Position numbers and translations under genes: made by a program. The notes beneath the pieces were generated by a model. That model did no database searches. It was not told the origin of the DNA and saw only the letters and a program-made list of their open reading frames with translations. Shown in pieces: positions 40,115 to 54,900 of a stretch of 64,000 nt of DNA. Origin of the DNA: Octopus vulgaris (taxonomy: Eukaryota); assembly GCA_951406725.2 (NCBI GenBank), contig OX597815.1, positions 90,644,001 to 90,708,000 on the forward strand, read 5' to 3'. Position 1 is the first letter of the stretch; the number at the start of each line of letters is the position of its first letter.

Positions 40115-41315
40115 AAAGAATATTCCGTAATAGCAACAACTTGAGCTGGGAAAAACCCTCACACACGCATTGTGTTCGAGAAATAGGAGAAGGGATCAAA
40201 TGCATTTAATTGCACTTGCAGTATTGCTGGTTTCCTAATCACTTGAAACTGTTGCATTATGAAAAAAAACATCAAAGATAGTTAGTACGCGAACATACAT
40301 AAAGTAGATATCGAAAAGATTAATCAATGAAGCGTAGAAAGTTGTTGTTTATGTTGTCAGCATTTATGTTCTGTAATGCAGTGTTTCGAAGATGGAGATC
40401 GATAAAATAAGTGCTACATAGAAATGAATATTAGGATTGATACTGTGGTTTATACCTTTGAAGGTTGTGCTACAGTAAGGCCGCAGTCAATGTTTGAAAC
40501 CAGTAAAAGACTGTATAAGAGTAAATGAAATTATCCTACTATGCTATACAGAATCTTTTTTACATATAAAACTAGATATCGATCGTCTTCATCTAGACTA
40601 CTGAGATTGCAGTGAGCCGCAACCGTCCGCTGCAGCGATGGGAAGATTGATATTCACATGAACATCACAGTTTATAGGAATTGTCCAGCAACATGCTTCT
40701 GTCTGATACAGTTACTTAGAGCATGAGTATGTAGGTATACAGCGAAACATTTTAATATCTATCCTATAACAAATAACGTAATATAAAAGTTTTAAACTAA
40801 GCGTGAATATACCTGCATCTGTGACTTTATGATTGTAATGACTGCTATGATGCTATCATATACGCGCGCACAAGTGTGTGTGTATGAGTGAGTGTATCTG
40901 TGTGTGTGTGAGTTAGTGTGTGTGTGTGTGTGCGCGCGTGTCAGTGTATGTGCGAATGTTTGTTCATATACGTATATGCTTATGTTAATAAAGACATATA
41001 TTCGGGCGAAATGTTTCTATCTACAACTACTAAAACTACAGGAATATCTAATAAATGGATTTTATGGAAATATGGAAACATTATATGCTTTTCACTCATA
41101 GAAAAAAGACATATCAAGATAAGAGAAAACAAAAACCTAGAAGCGGTTCCCCCACCCAAGGAGAATATATTCACTCTCTCTGCCATGTCATAGTAACCTC
41201 TCTCTCACACTCTCCCTCACCTCTCTCTGCCTCGCCTCTCTCTCTCTCTCTCTAACCCCGTAAGCAGCAGCAGTTGTACTTCCGAGTAAAGTAACAACGT
41301 GTGTATATATATATG

Positions 41316-41370
<55 letters not shown>

Positions 41371-41444
41371 AGATATATATATATATAAACATATATATAT
41401 ATACACACACACAAATATGTATATATATATATATTTATATATAT

Positions 41445-41482
<38 letters not shown>

Positions 41483-41589
41483 ATATTTCGGAATGGTCAT
41501 TTTGCCAGTTTAGCCAATAAAAAATCTTGCACAACAAATATATAAACGTATATATATATATATATATATTGGCGCAAGCATATTTTTTT

Positions 41590-41882
41590 GTGGCCGTGTG
41601 GTAAGAACTTTGGTTCCCAACCACATGGTTTCGGGTTCAGTCCCACTGTATGGCATCTTGGGCAAGTGTCTTCTACTATAGCTTCGGGCCAACCAAAACC
41701 TTCTGAGTGGATTTGATTGATGGAAACTGAAAGAAACCATAACCATTATGTGTGTGTTTTTCCCCTGTCACCAGCTTCACAACCGTAACTTAGACAAATA
41801 GAATAAGTACTAGGCTTTAAAGAAAGAAAATGTACTGGGATCGATTCGTTCGACTAAAATTCGTGAAGGCACTGTCCCAGCA
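41590..41882 (+). mobile_element. SINE family A
   Basis: gtgtggtaagaac...tcgggttcagtcccactg...ttgggcaagtgtcttct. Confidence 0.75.
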
Positions 41883-42338
41883 GTGTATATATATTTAAAT
41901 AATAAGTGTGAAAAATTGAATATTAATTTGAATAATATCAATTTAAAATCAGTGGCCTAGCATATTGACAAAATCTGAAGATTCAGAAAAATTATATTAC
42001 ATACATATAAGTAGGATGACCACTAAGTGGACATCCATTATGCTAGATGTAGACCACTAAGAAAAGATTGTTCTCACGAAAATTCAGCAAACGCCCGAAC
42101 GTAAGAGAGCAATAGAAATGAAAAGATACACAATATACGTAAGTATTACATAAGTGGTAACGATGAAACCGGGTATGTGTCTAATCTTTATATGTTGTAT
42201 CTTTTCATTTGTCTTGCTCGCTTACGTTCTTACGTTTGCTGAATTTTCTTGCGAACAATCTTTTCTTAGTGGTCAGACCATATGAGATCTACATGTAGCA
42301 TAATGGATGTCCACTTAGTGGTCATACACCTTATATGC

Positions 42339-42430
<92 letters not shown>

Positions 42431-43185
42431 ATAAATAGATCAGTTTGTATGATTTTATACAGGAAAATATAATAGTCAATTTCAAAGTAGTCTGAGTTTC
42501 ACTTTTTCGGTGGTGGGGTTTTTTTTTGTTCTTTTGCATAACTTACTATTTTACAATATTACTTATTGTATTGGGACAGGTACTTTCATGCTTTCAGCAC
42601 TCTTCAAATTTACGTCGTAGTATTATTAACTGACAGTTTCGTTTCGCTATCGATAACTATAGTGAAGTGACCGAATATTATCCTTTAAATACTCCAGTAG
42701 GCTGAATCTTACCGAACTGTATAATAACGAATCAGTTTGCGGCTTAGATATCACGATTTGGGGAGCGCAACATCACAAATGACATTGAAACCTTTTAACC
42801 ACTCAGCATACGGCTTGATCATAGAAATCAAGGCGGGTGTTCTGTAAAGGACCCACCTATATTCGATGTTGAAAAACACCCTATACTATTAACAGTATTC
42901 CTCCCTTGAATGAATTTAATATTCTGAAGCAGCTTTTCTTTTTTTCTGTTCCTAATTGAAGAAATGTGGTTCCCCTATCTATTCTTAAAGCGACTCATGT
43001 TCGCACCTACATACTAATATACACTTTTGTGCGTCTCTACTGATCATTTATGTATTATGTTTCTTCGGAGACAGTTACCATCAAAAGGGAACGCATCTTT
43101 ATTACTAAGGTTGCATAAGTATTATTATCACTGTTTCCATTGCAAATACTATTGCTCCTACTATTATCATTTGCTGCTGCTGCTG

Positions 43186-43224
<39 letters not shown>

Positions 43225-43877
43225 ATACTACTAATACTACTATTATTATTACTTCCTTTGAAAGCAATTCTTTCCACGAAATTAAAAAAGAGAAAATATT
43301 TAGTTGCGTCTGCTTGTACTTGGTAGAAAACTTTTTATAAACATAAAATTATTTATGCGTTTACGGGCTCCTTAAATTTGTTCATTAATATAATCTTAAC
43401 TTCCTATTCCGTACACAGTTTGTACATATATCGTAGAAAATGTGGAACTCTCGTATGTTAGAAAATAAATCGTAACATTTACATAGTTACCTACTGCTGT
43501 TTTTTTTTTCCATTACGCAGTGCAATAACCTATAGAATTTACATCTAGAATATTAGGTAAGATTTCCCACATGGGAGAAATTTCTCTTTATTTGAGATTT
43601 AATATGCGTGTATACTTTTCTCTGTGTGTTAATAGGTATATGTATGTACGTGTGCATGCATATATATATATATATATATGTATATGGTTGTGTGTGCCTT
43701 TTTTTAAATAGCTGTGTGTTATTATATTGGGAGTTTATTTTTTTAATGCGCACATGTACCTGCATTTATTTATATTTATTTACCTGCAAGAATGTTTCAT
43801 TCCTATAATACTTTTGTACATATACTTATCAATACGCAAAGGTACCTCAGAGTATACCCTAATTTATGTATGTACCA

Positions 43878-43932
<55 letters not shown>

Positions 43933-45242
43933 CGTGGTGGTGCATCAATGTTTGAGCATGTGTCTATATTTGTATGCATGTAAACCCCAAAAGAGTATCC
44001 CTTTTCCTAATAAACTGACTCTATTCCTTCCCTTTGCCTTATAACTTACACTCTTTTTAACCCTGCGTTTAGTCACTTCACCCAAATCTAATAGTTTCGA
44101 AAGTTTTGTACACTCATATATTACCCTATTGTTAACGTAAATTCAGATATATTAAATTACACTCTGTTGTGGTCTCCTTAATTCCAGTATTGACAAGTTA
44201 ACCCCACACTCAATATGTGTGAATTATGTAAGTGGTTGCTTATATCTATGTACAATGTGTGTGAGTGTGTGTGTGTGTGTGAATGTGTGTGTGTGTGTGT
44301 GAGTGTCTGTACATACGTGCGGTTGTTTTTGTGCGTGTGTCAAAGCAATTGCAGGCATGTCTGCAATGAGATATTTGCTAATAAAAGTTGACGATCTCCA
44401 TTTACGTAAAAATGCTTTCATGTGTATTTATGCATGCATATATATACATACATACAAATACACATATGTGTGTGTGTGCGTGTGTGTTCATCTACACACG
44501 TGTTCATATCTGAAACATATATACATACAAGTATATATATATACACATATATACATATAATATACGTCTTATATATATATCACATATATATATGCATGCA
44601 TGTATGTATGTATGTATGTATGTATGTGTGTATGTATGTATGTATGTATGTTTGCATGTTTGTGTTGGTGCATATGTGCGGGCAAGAGAGGAAGAAAGAG
44701 AATGCGTGTGTGTGAATGGTTATCAATAACACTATTATTACTCTATAAAAGACTCAATACGTAAAAGTCGCCGAGAATAAATATTTATTTATAAATTTAA
44801 TGATTAGTGAAAAACTGCAGAATGTTTTGATCTTATCGATCCTGTCAAACAAATGTGGAACAGAATTAAATCAAAATATATATAGTAATGAAACACAGCT
44901 CAGAAATATTATGGTAAAAGTATCGAAACACACTTTTAATAATGAATCACTTCTCGTTATTTATATAATAGATTTCAACTTAATCTCGATGGTAACTTAA
45001 CTCAGGGAAACCTTTAAGAAGTACTTTTTAACGGGTATATGTTTTTTTTTAAAATCTACTGGCAATATGTAATACAAGGCTGAGCCGGCAGTCATGAGGT
45101 AGAAACGTATTGATAGTTAACGATTTTTGATTCCCACTCTCTTTTCCACATTTTTTCTTACATCCCACAATACATAGATCTTCCTCCTGAAAAATTCGCG
45201 CTTATTGAAACGCATATTTGTGTGTGTGTGTGTCTATATATA

Positions 45243-46509
45243 CTAGGATTGGACAAAATAATGGAAATACCTTAAAATTTCAAACAAACTTATTTTAATA
45301 TGGAGTAGGACCACCTTTGGCTGTAATTACAGCTTGAATTCTACGAAGTATGGACTTTTACAAAGTTTGGATTGTTTCCAAAGGAATTTTGTTTATTCTT
45401 GAACTAAAATAGTCTCCAGTTCTTGTATTGATGATTGTGGAGAATATCGAATCCTTATTTGTTTCTCTAAAATGCACCATAAATGTTCCATAATATTGAG
45501 ATCTGGGGATTGTGTTAGCCAGATAAGATGTTCAACTTCACTAGAATATTCCATGTGTCATTCAGTAACAACTTTAGCTGTGTGAATTCGTGAATTATCA
45601 TCCTGAAAGATTGCGTTTCCCTCCAGAAACAGTTCCGCAACCTTACGATGAATTTGATCAGATAAAATGCTTAGTCTTGATTATTAATTCTGCCACGAAG
45701 GGAAACCATTGGGCCGGTGGATTTCCAAAATATAGTCCCCACCCAGATCATCACAGATCCTCTTTCATGTTTAACAGTTGAAAGAAGGCAGTATGGGTCA
45801 AATGCTTATTTTGGTTGTCTCCACACGTATTCTCGGCCGGTGATCTGAAATAAGGTAAAGGATTACTCGTCCAGGAAAATAACATTCTTCCACTGCTCTA
45901 GGGACCAATTCTGTAGGTTTTTACTCTACTCTAAACGCTTTGCAACGTTTGTTTTTGAAAGTAGTGGTTTTATGATTGCAGCCCTCCCATGAAATCTGTC
46001 TTCGCACAGCTCCCGGCGAACAGTTTTTGTGGAAACTGGGTTCTCGAGGCGGTCATTAAGCCCTGCAGTAATTTTGGGAGCTGTACTTTTGTGATCCTTT
46101 CTAACAATTCGCGTGATAGTCCGACAGTCCTTATCCGAAAGTTTTGGTTTTCTTCCGGAGTTCTGCTTCGACGAGGAGGTTTTTCCCTCTTTCTCAAAGG
46201 CAGTCATTACTTTCGAGACAGTACTTCTTGATACATCAAAAGTTTCGGCTGTTTTCGTTATGCTAGCGCCTGCCATACGAACACCAATAATTTGAGCTCT
46301 TTGAAAGTCTGATAACTCTGTCATTTTAATGAATTTTAATTGCCTTTCTCTGATGATACCTGAAAAGAAACAGCAATTTTAGCAAAACATTTTAAGCAAC
46401 ACTAATAATGAATCAAGAAACATAAAAATAAACAAGCTCTTGACGGTTTTATAGATACTTCAAAATTATGATGCTATGATGATGTTTCCATTATTTTGTC
46501 CAACCCCTG
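45243..46509 (-). mobile_element. Tc1-family DNA transposon, full length, with degraded transposase
   Basis: TIRs ..TTGGACAAAATAATGGAAA at both ends, flanked by TA. ORF 45926-46324 is a Tc1 paired-HTH region (ELSDFQRAQIIG..GRKPKLS..STKTVRREL). The DDE region (IFLDE.., SPDLNI.EHLW) is disrupted. Confidence 0.92.
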
Positions 46510-46552
46510 TATATATTATTATTATTATTATTATTATTTTTAAATCTCTCTG

Positions 46553-46615
46553 GGTTCAGCTACTCCACATTGATTAGTGGCAAATACTCCGAAACCGGTC
46601 TGTGGTTGTTGAACC
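46553..46615 (+). ncRNA. Decayed type I hammerhead (core mutated)
   Basis: GGTTCAGC..CCACA-TTGATTA-gtggcaaatactcc-GAAA-CCGG-TC-TGTGG..GTTGAACC. Stem I and the palindromic ACCGGT are intact; the core differs from CTGATGA at 2 positions. Confidence 0.55.
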
Positions 46616-47269
46616 AGCAAGGGAAAGCTGATGAGTTCCCCTGTTCGAAGGTTGTAATGTCACAGAACTAGCTAGATGCGATGGCCTCTCGGAGATAATC
46701 AACAACAGCTTGGCGATAAATATTATATCATCGGCATGGCAGTGTTTAGATATAAGCGAACCTTAGGGAAGTTAAAATATGTTTGTGAGATATCACGGAA
46801 AATGAAACGCAATTTAAAAACAATAGTGAAGTTTTAAAACATTTTCTCATTAAAAATAAATCCAAAATCTTCGGCTCTTTTTCCTTTTTCTTTTATTTTT
46901 TTCATTAAAATTTAAAACATAGATATCCGAATCTAAAATTTGCTTTTGTTTATAATTTCAAAATAATTTCAGACGAAAGGTATTTTAAGGGAGATTTATC
47001 TGTTGTTTCTAGCGCATCGCACGACCACCTGGTACCCTCCTCTTTGCTTTATCACTCTGGCATGTGTTGATGTTTTTCAATATTTTTCTTCTCATAAACA
47101 CATCTTATGGATTGGTAATGCGCTGGTCAATTGTTCGGATTTAAGAACAAGGAAAAAAATTGTAGTTTAAATAGTTAACCCCACCACGCAACAGGCGAGT
47201 GTGTGTAAGAAAAAAGATATTTACTAACAGAAAAGTATGCTATTAAATAAATTATCTTGTACATGTCTT

Positions 47270-49620
47270 TTTTAAATCACGTGCATACAAAAACATTCTA
47301 TATTGACCATAACTGGGAGCAGTAATCCAGACGGCTGAGAACAAAGGTTCTCCACAAGGTCAACATATTTTCTCGGTCTCTTGTCTTGAAGGACCTGAGT
47401 AGCCATCCTGCTAGTTGGCTGCACATTGCTGCCATCTTGGTAATGCGCATATAAAATGATGCGTCGTTGCACATACAAGTTTCTCACTGCCTGTGACTAA
47501 GGGATTGTAGTGACTTCGGGTCCTGTATATGCAGGTTGTAGTACGTTACTGAGTTAAGAGAGCAGTGCTTGAAATTGTCCATCATTGAACTGCATGTTGT
47601 TTATTTCGGTCCACTTGTATATCGAATTCAGGTCCGGCTGTAAGCTTGCGACATGTTTTATTGCCTGCGATAATTTTGTACCATCGGCATAGCTAATGAT
47701 GGTGGCTGTCCGAGTGAGCGTGGGCATGTGTAAGAGGGCTATTATGAACAGTGATGGCCCCAGAATAGTTCCCTGAAAGACGCCACTTAGGATTTGGGTT
47801 TCCTCAGAAAGGGCACCATTGGCTGCAACTACCTGTCTTCTGTCTTTAAGAAAGCATGCAGCCACCCTCCCAGTTTACCAGCAATGCTAAAGTCTCGTAA
47901 CATATGACATATCATACCGTGATCTTAATTATCAAATACCTTTGCAAAGTCAAGGTATACCACGCTGATATCTTTATGGTCATGAAGCTGTTTCAAAACC
48001 CAGTCATAGTGCTGTATGAGTTCTGTGAGGTAGCTTCTTCCTGGACGGAATCCATGCTGTGTATTGTTAAGTAAGTCATTTTCTTCTAGGAACATTATCC
48101 ACTCTTTTCTGATGATTCGTTCCATGACTTTACTGATATGTGAAGTCAGAGAGATCGGCCTGTAGTTTTTGGCCTCTTCCCTGATTCCGCCTTTGTGGAA
48201 AGGGCATATAATGCCTTCTTTTAGCTTTTTAGGAAGTTTACCACTTGCAAAGAAACAGTGGAAAAGTATCTCAAATGCGGGGAAGCCATCAAGAACAGTT
48301 TTGGAGCGTGAGCTGATTTCATCTATGGCTGCTTTTACATCTGTCTCCTAAATGTTGATGTAATCGATGGCTGGCACCTCCTTTTTTAGAGCTACAATAT
48401 TAAAGAATTCAGCCGGATATTTATCTGCATGTGTCCGGAGGAGTGACGATACTTTTAAATTTTTCACCTATCCTTTCTGGGTCCGCTGTTAGTGAGTCAT
48501 TCCCTTGGAACAATGATGCTATTGTATATTGTATTGTGGATGTTTCCTTTGTGAATTTATAGAAAGCTTTGGGATTTGTTTTTATGCTTTCCACAACTCT
48601 CTTCTCTCTGCTCTTTCCCTTTTGTGAGAGAGCTTGATCTTGCTTTCGATTTCTAAGAGTGTCCGTATTAAGATAGACTTCTCCTCATCCTTCAGTTGCC
48701 TATTCAGCCACTTTGAGACGTTTGGCCTACGTCTCATAAAGATCTTTATGTCCCTGGAAAGCTTGTTTGTGGGTGTGCTGGTCTTTCTTTTTGGGGTATA
48801 TTTAGTGCATATAGCTCGAGCTGTTGGCATAAACACGCTGAGTTTAGAATGTTGGACCAGTTTTATTTGTAGATCTCTTTGCGGATTGATTCCCATTTTG
48901 CTTTATAGAAACTGAGATTGGATAAGTTTTGATCCCTCCTGATAGGTTAGATACCAGCAGTTTGCGCAGGCCCATTCATAGTTAGTTCAACAATGTTCCG
49001 ATCTGAGAGTGTTGTTGGTGTCACCTTCACATTATGGATAAGGTCCACATTATTTGTAAAACAAAGGTCCAATATGTTGTTTCTCCTGTTGGCCTGAGTA
49101 TGACGTGCTCCATAAAAACGATATTAGTACGTTCAAGTAATGATTCTATATGCTTTTGTTCGAACAGTGAATTCCCAGAGGTGATGTGGCCTTTTGGCAA
49201 TTTAACATGTGGGAGGTTGAAAATACCCATGAAGTGTATGTTGATGTTCTGATCTAGGTTTGCTAATAACTCTTCAATTTGTTTAAAGCTATCCTCAAAC
49301 TTGCCATCATATTTTGTGGTATTCGGCGCATGATATATATTTTTTTTATTGCCCATAGGGGGCTAAACATAGAGGGGACAGCAAGGGCAATGATTAAGTC
49401 CATTACATCAATCCCAGTGCGTAATTGGTACTTATTTAATCGACCCGAAATACATGAAAGGAAAAGTCGACCTGGACAGAATTTGAACTCAAAACGTAAC
49501 GGTAGACGAAATACCGCTAAGTTTTTCCCGGCATGCTAACGATTCTGCCAGCTCGCTGCCCTTTATATCATCGGCGGATTATATATTGAGCATACAACTA
49601 CATCAGCTTGCTTTATATAT
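47270..49620 (-). mobile_element. CR1/L2-like LINE (APE plus RT), degraded, interrupted by a SINE at 49343-49561
   Basis: G(I)FNLPHV, NYRPISLTSHISKVMER, QHGFRPGRS, VYLDFAKVFD, SGVFQGTILGPSLF, SYADGTKL motifs across broken frames. Confidence 0.9.
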
Positions 49621-49663
49621 ATTATTAAGGTATCGCAAACTAAGTTTATATATACACATGTAA

Positions 49664-49705
<42 letters not shown>

Positions 49706-50503
49706 GGAAAGATGGGTACACGATGTCACCAAAAGTGCAAATGACATGAAATACGTAAAGTGAAAAAATGGAAAGCAGGACCCTTCATCAGTTGTCGGCT
49801 GTCTATCTACAACTCATTTCGATCATTCAACGACAATATGAGTTTTCAAAGCCAGTTGCTCCCATAAATTCTAAAATAGAATTTAGGATTTATAGAAGGT
49901 CCAAGTTGAGAACAAAAAATGACAGTGGAGACATACAAGGAAACCGAATGGAAAAAACAAGGAGCGTCATTAGACCAGAACGAGAGGAAAAGAGTGAAAG
50001 CTGGCTGAAACATTTTTCAAAAGAAAGATGGTCATGTGAGGAAAAGAAAGATAGACGATTGTCACGTCCGAGCAACAAGAGAGAGAGAGGGAGAAAAAAA
50101 GAGAAAGAGAGGACAGAGAGACAGACAGAAAACGGTGAAGGAGGAAGGGGGATAAAAAGGGAATTAAAGAAGGATGGAGGAAAAAAGAATGCAGTAGAGA
50201 GTAGCATAAAAATGGTGAAGATAAACGTACTTGAAATGGTTGCGTCGCGTTCAATTAATAAATAATTTATATATATATATGATATTAGGGTAATAAGAAT
50301 TATAGAATTTTTTTATTACCAGTGGCCTAGCGCAAAAATTTAGTCAATAGACTATATATTATTCATATAAAATATCGTGCTTTTAATTTTCATTCCGTTC
50401 GAGAATTTATCCTTAATTAGTGGTTTGAGTTTTTTACTGCTCTTTCTGGCGCAAAGGTTTCCTATGTTGGAAGCTTCTTAATGTGTTTTACTGTACACGA
50501 TAT

Positions 50504-50546
<43 letters not shown>

Positions 50547-53500
50547 GCATATATGGGTACTGGACGCCACTATAGGTGCAAATAGCATGTTATATATGTG
50601 TATATGTATATAAGAATTATTTTTAAATTCAAACATATCTCTCTCCAACAGACCCAATATTAGCAAGAAAGAAATCTAGATATATATATAACTGCCTAAG
50701 TCTCTAACATGTGAGAAGAGTTAAACTGAATATTGACCTTTATGGAGTTCATATTATGATTTGAAATAGTCAATAGAGAATACATAAATACAAAATAAAA
50801 AAACTTTGAGGCCTGTCAGAATTGGTTCGACTTACCTCAGCATGCCTTTCTCGCTAGATAACTTGAAATCAGATAATTGCTTGTTTTAGCAAATTTTGTT
50901 CCATACATTTGAATACAAAGTACCATGATCGTAATATGTTTATCCGAGATTTGACATTTTAATTTCAAACACTGCTAAATCTGAATTTTTTTTTTTTTAT
51001 GGAAAAAGGAAAACGAAAATCTTTGCAAAGGCGTGTGGGAATTTGTTACGGTTTCTTTCTTTGGATGCATGAATATATTGGTAAAAACTTACTTCAAAGC
51101 AATTTTCGATTAATCCTATGTAATTTCCATGTAAAATGCTGTTACCTGTTTGGAATTTAGTTATTTTGTATTAAAGCTTTAGAACTTTCAAAAGAACACT
51201 TACAGTTAAGGGAGAAATTGCTTGGAATAATGAAGTCACAAGTAAGAAAAGAGATTATATTGCTGTAGAAGATATTAATATTTAGAAGAATAATGTATAT
51301 ATATATATATATACATGAGTTTGTGTGTGTGACCATACATGTGTTTGGTGTGTGTGAATGTTTACGTATGTACACATCCAGATGCGCATACATGCATCCT
51401 TGTTTACATACATATACAGATGTATACAGCATATTTCATATTGCTTTCTGACTTGTTCAAATGTTATGCCTGCGAATACGATTGTTGCAGCTACGGCGTA
51501 GATTTTCTCCATGGATGATTTTTTTTCATGTCACAAATAATTCAGCCACCTCATCTTTTTTCATTGTTGCTACATGTTCATGCATCAGCTTAATCACTTT
51601 TGATTACCACAGACTACCTTCCCTTACTTCAATTTTGTCATTATTATTATCAGTATTAATACGCATAGCGTGTAAATCCTAAATTTTCCTCCACGATAGC
51701 TAAATCCTTCAATCAACATAACGCTATCATCATTATTATTTTTTGTATTATTACACTCCTAACAAGAATTAACATCAAAAACTTTTCGATTGTCACAAAC
51801 ACTACCACTACATTCTTTTGCATATACACTTTTACCTAATTCCTGTTAAAAGCGAAATTTATTCACGCGAAATTCAAGGAGATAGATTGTGCTAACATAT
51901 TTATATACCGTTAGTCATAAGTAAAGTAGAATTCATTAAAACAGTAATCAACATATAACGAACTGATGGTGGTTACTACCAGTCTTGTTCAGCTCTACCA
52001 TATCTAAGATGAATCTCTCTTTTAGTTCGGTATGTATACTTATATAAATGTTGCAGAGCAAGATCAAGTAGCAGGTATGAGCAACGAAATCACTGCAAAA
52101 TTAATGTTTACAGCATCTATTCTACTCTGCAAGTTAATGCCTTCAATTTACATAGTTCATTACCTAAAGAGGAAACAATTACCCGCAAAAGAGTATGGCT
52201 TCATAACAGGTTCTAGGTTTTCGTTATTTTTTCAGGAGCTAATGTAATGGCGACCAGACATTGAAGACCTCATTCTGTACCGAGACACAACTGGTACTCA
52301 TTTTTAACCAAACCACGTAAGTTGAAGTGATTTGCCCAAGAACATCACGCGCTGTCCAGTACAGGAATCAAAATCCCTATACTATGATCATGAGCCAAAC
52401 ACCCTAACTTCAGTATATTATTCCTAGCGAACGTTGCTTGAACTCTTCATAAAGGCTCTTCTACGGATATTATTTTCTTTGGTAGCTGTTTCACTCTTCT
52501 TGATTATCATTTCTGCTATCTTTCACTGGAACTCGTAGCATTAATTTGATTTAGGATTCGGAAAGTCTTCAATATCAGCACTGATATCAAGAGGATAAAT
52601 TGTATGTTGGCAATACTATCATATCATATCATATCACCAATAGATTTGATGAATTTCAAAAGATTTTTCAAGTAATTTTGATTTGTCAACAGTGTTTGAT
52701 TCAAACACTTTATTTATTTCCTGAACATGTTTTAGAATTGAATACAAAAATAAAAGGAAAAGTTAATTCCTAGAATCAGAAAACATTTCGTGTGTGTGTT
52801 TGAGCTGTAAAAACGCTTTCTTTTGTACTTGTAGTCTGGAAGTGAGTTTGTAATTCAAACCATTGGCTTAAAAGTCTACTCATAGCTGGTTCTATTGGCA
52901 GCCCTCTAGATGCACAAGAATTCACATTCTTCAAAAGCTCCCTATCACTCATAGCAAAGTAAAGCTGGTTGCGGTCTCTTTGTCTAGTTGAAGAGTGACA
53001 TCACCATTTATAGGTTTCGAATACTAAAAGTACTAAGTTTCTTGGCAGGCATTCAGCACAAGTGTGCAATAGTGCCAGCTGTAAAGAATGACATACACAT
53101 CCAAATAGAAATAATTATGGAATACCCGGTTTCAATTTCTTGGCGACATCATTGTTGATTCTTATCATTTCAATGGCATTGTCGGTTCCCATAGCTGGCA
53201 AATATTTTTATGTGGGGAACACATGTGCGGACATGACTTATCGTCCACCCTTCTGCACACGGCCAGAAATGAAAAGGTAATAATAATAAAGTACTCGATA
53301 GCCTTTTATTTGGAGTATCATACAAGTGAAAGAAAGCATTCAATAATAACCAATAGCTCTAAAATCTGTTTGTAAAATACAAAGAAAAATAAGGAAGCAA
53401 AACAAGTAGAAAACGAGGAAAAAGAGAAAAGGTAACTATTGTAAAAATATCATGAGCAGAGAATAACGTTAGAAAAGAATTTTAAACGAATGTTTCAAAC

Positions 53501-53599
53501 TGCTATTATTCTTGATGAACACTAGATTCAAAATGCTAGACCTAGCATTAAAACTGCTAGCTTGACAACTCAATATATGGTTCGGTAGAGGACATTTCA

Positions 53600-54900
53600 C
53601 CTCAAATTCTGTCGACTCTGATATACCACAGAGGCTTCAAATGCTACCCACCAACACACGCACTCGTACAAATACTTATACAAACCTACATAGATTTTTC
53701 TAACATTCTTTTCTCTTAAACTAAGAGAAGCACGCACAATTCTATATCGCAGAGAACTTCATATCACGTTAGATTTTGAAGTTTCCATGAGCAGTAATCA
53801 CAAAGCATTTGCAAATGAAAATATGATAACCTATTCTCCTCAACCCGCCCAGAAGCTCTTGAATAATCCTATCGCAACACTCGTAAATTACATGTCGTAA
53901 ATGCTCAAAGCCGATGGAATTACTAAGCGATGTAATTTGGTGTTCCTTTATAATGGCATCACATAAAACAGTCTGACAAAAATACCTCCACAAACAAGCA
54001 TTTCACTTCCATTCTACTCCATTATTTGTCAGCTACAATTCCTCTACATGTGAGCCTACATTCAGTTATACATAGATTATCAGGCATTGTTGCTATAAAA
54101 GCAAATATTCTAACATCTTCCCAAAACGTGGTCATTCAGCGGATCAGCAAAAGTTTTCTTATACACTGCAAATAATTTGTTATAGGTCATCATTTTCTCT
54201 TCTGTTTTTCTAACGACACAACTCCAGTCTCATATCTTCAAAACTAGCAAACTACCTACCAGATGTACGCTTCCGAACTCTTATTGTTATCTCTTAATGT
54301 CAAATTCCACTAAAACCTTCTTCTGGATCATTCTTCTGAAGAATTACTGTTCACCCAGATATTTCTTCACATTTTTTTCTCTTGAATGCCATCTATAGGT
54401 ATATTTGACACCGATCACATTGAACAACTCGCATGCATCATATGCGCTCGTCCTCCTCCTGATATTAAATAAATTTAAAAAAGGGTTCTAGAATATTCTT
54501 CCTACCTACCTTTTCCCTGGAAAACATCTGGTGAAATTTAAGCCGATCAGCAATAATATCAAACCAATTTGTATCAGAGAGCATTCAAGACCTATCAGCA
54601 CCCTCCATATTACACGGACTAAATATTAAAATATCCTCACCCCTCTGTTAAAGGGAAATTTAATAGACTTTATTGTGTTATAAAGATTATTATACAAAAC
54701 GTATCACGCTTGGATAATTTTGTGTTGAACAACCTTCCTTTTTGACTTCAATTTCAAATGTAACTACATTGAAGACTGTATTGGCTATGAAATGCAGTTA
54801 GCTTTCTGCAGTGAACAAAATAAGGTTCATGCTCTTGAACACCTCCCAATAAGTGTTTCTTTAGAGTGGGGTGTGCGAGTATGACGTTTTGAAGTTTTAT
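53600..54900 (-). mobile_element. Possible ancient RTE-like LINE remnant
   Basis: Weak similarity only: FEHLRHVI...IIQELLGGLRRIG resembles the RTE C-terminus; FAD-like codons near 54145. Confidence 0.3.

Noticed and set aside
49768-50265. 165-aa charged ORF
   Set aside because: Purine-rich low-complexity repeat sequence with no recognisable domain.
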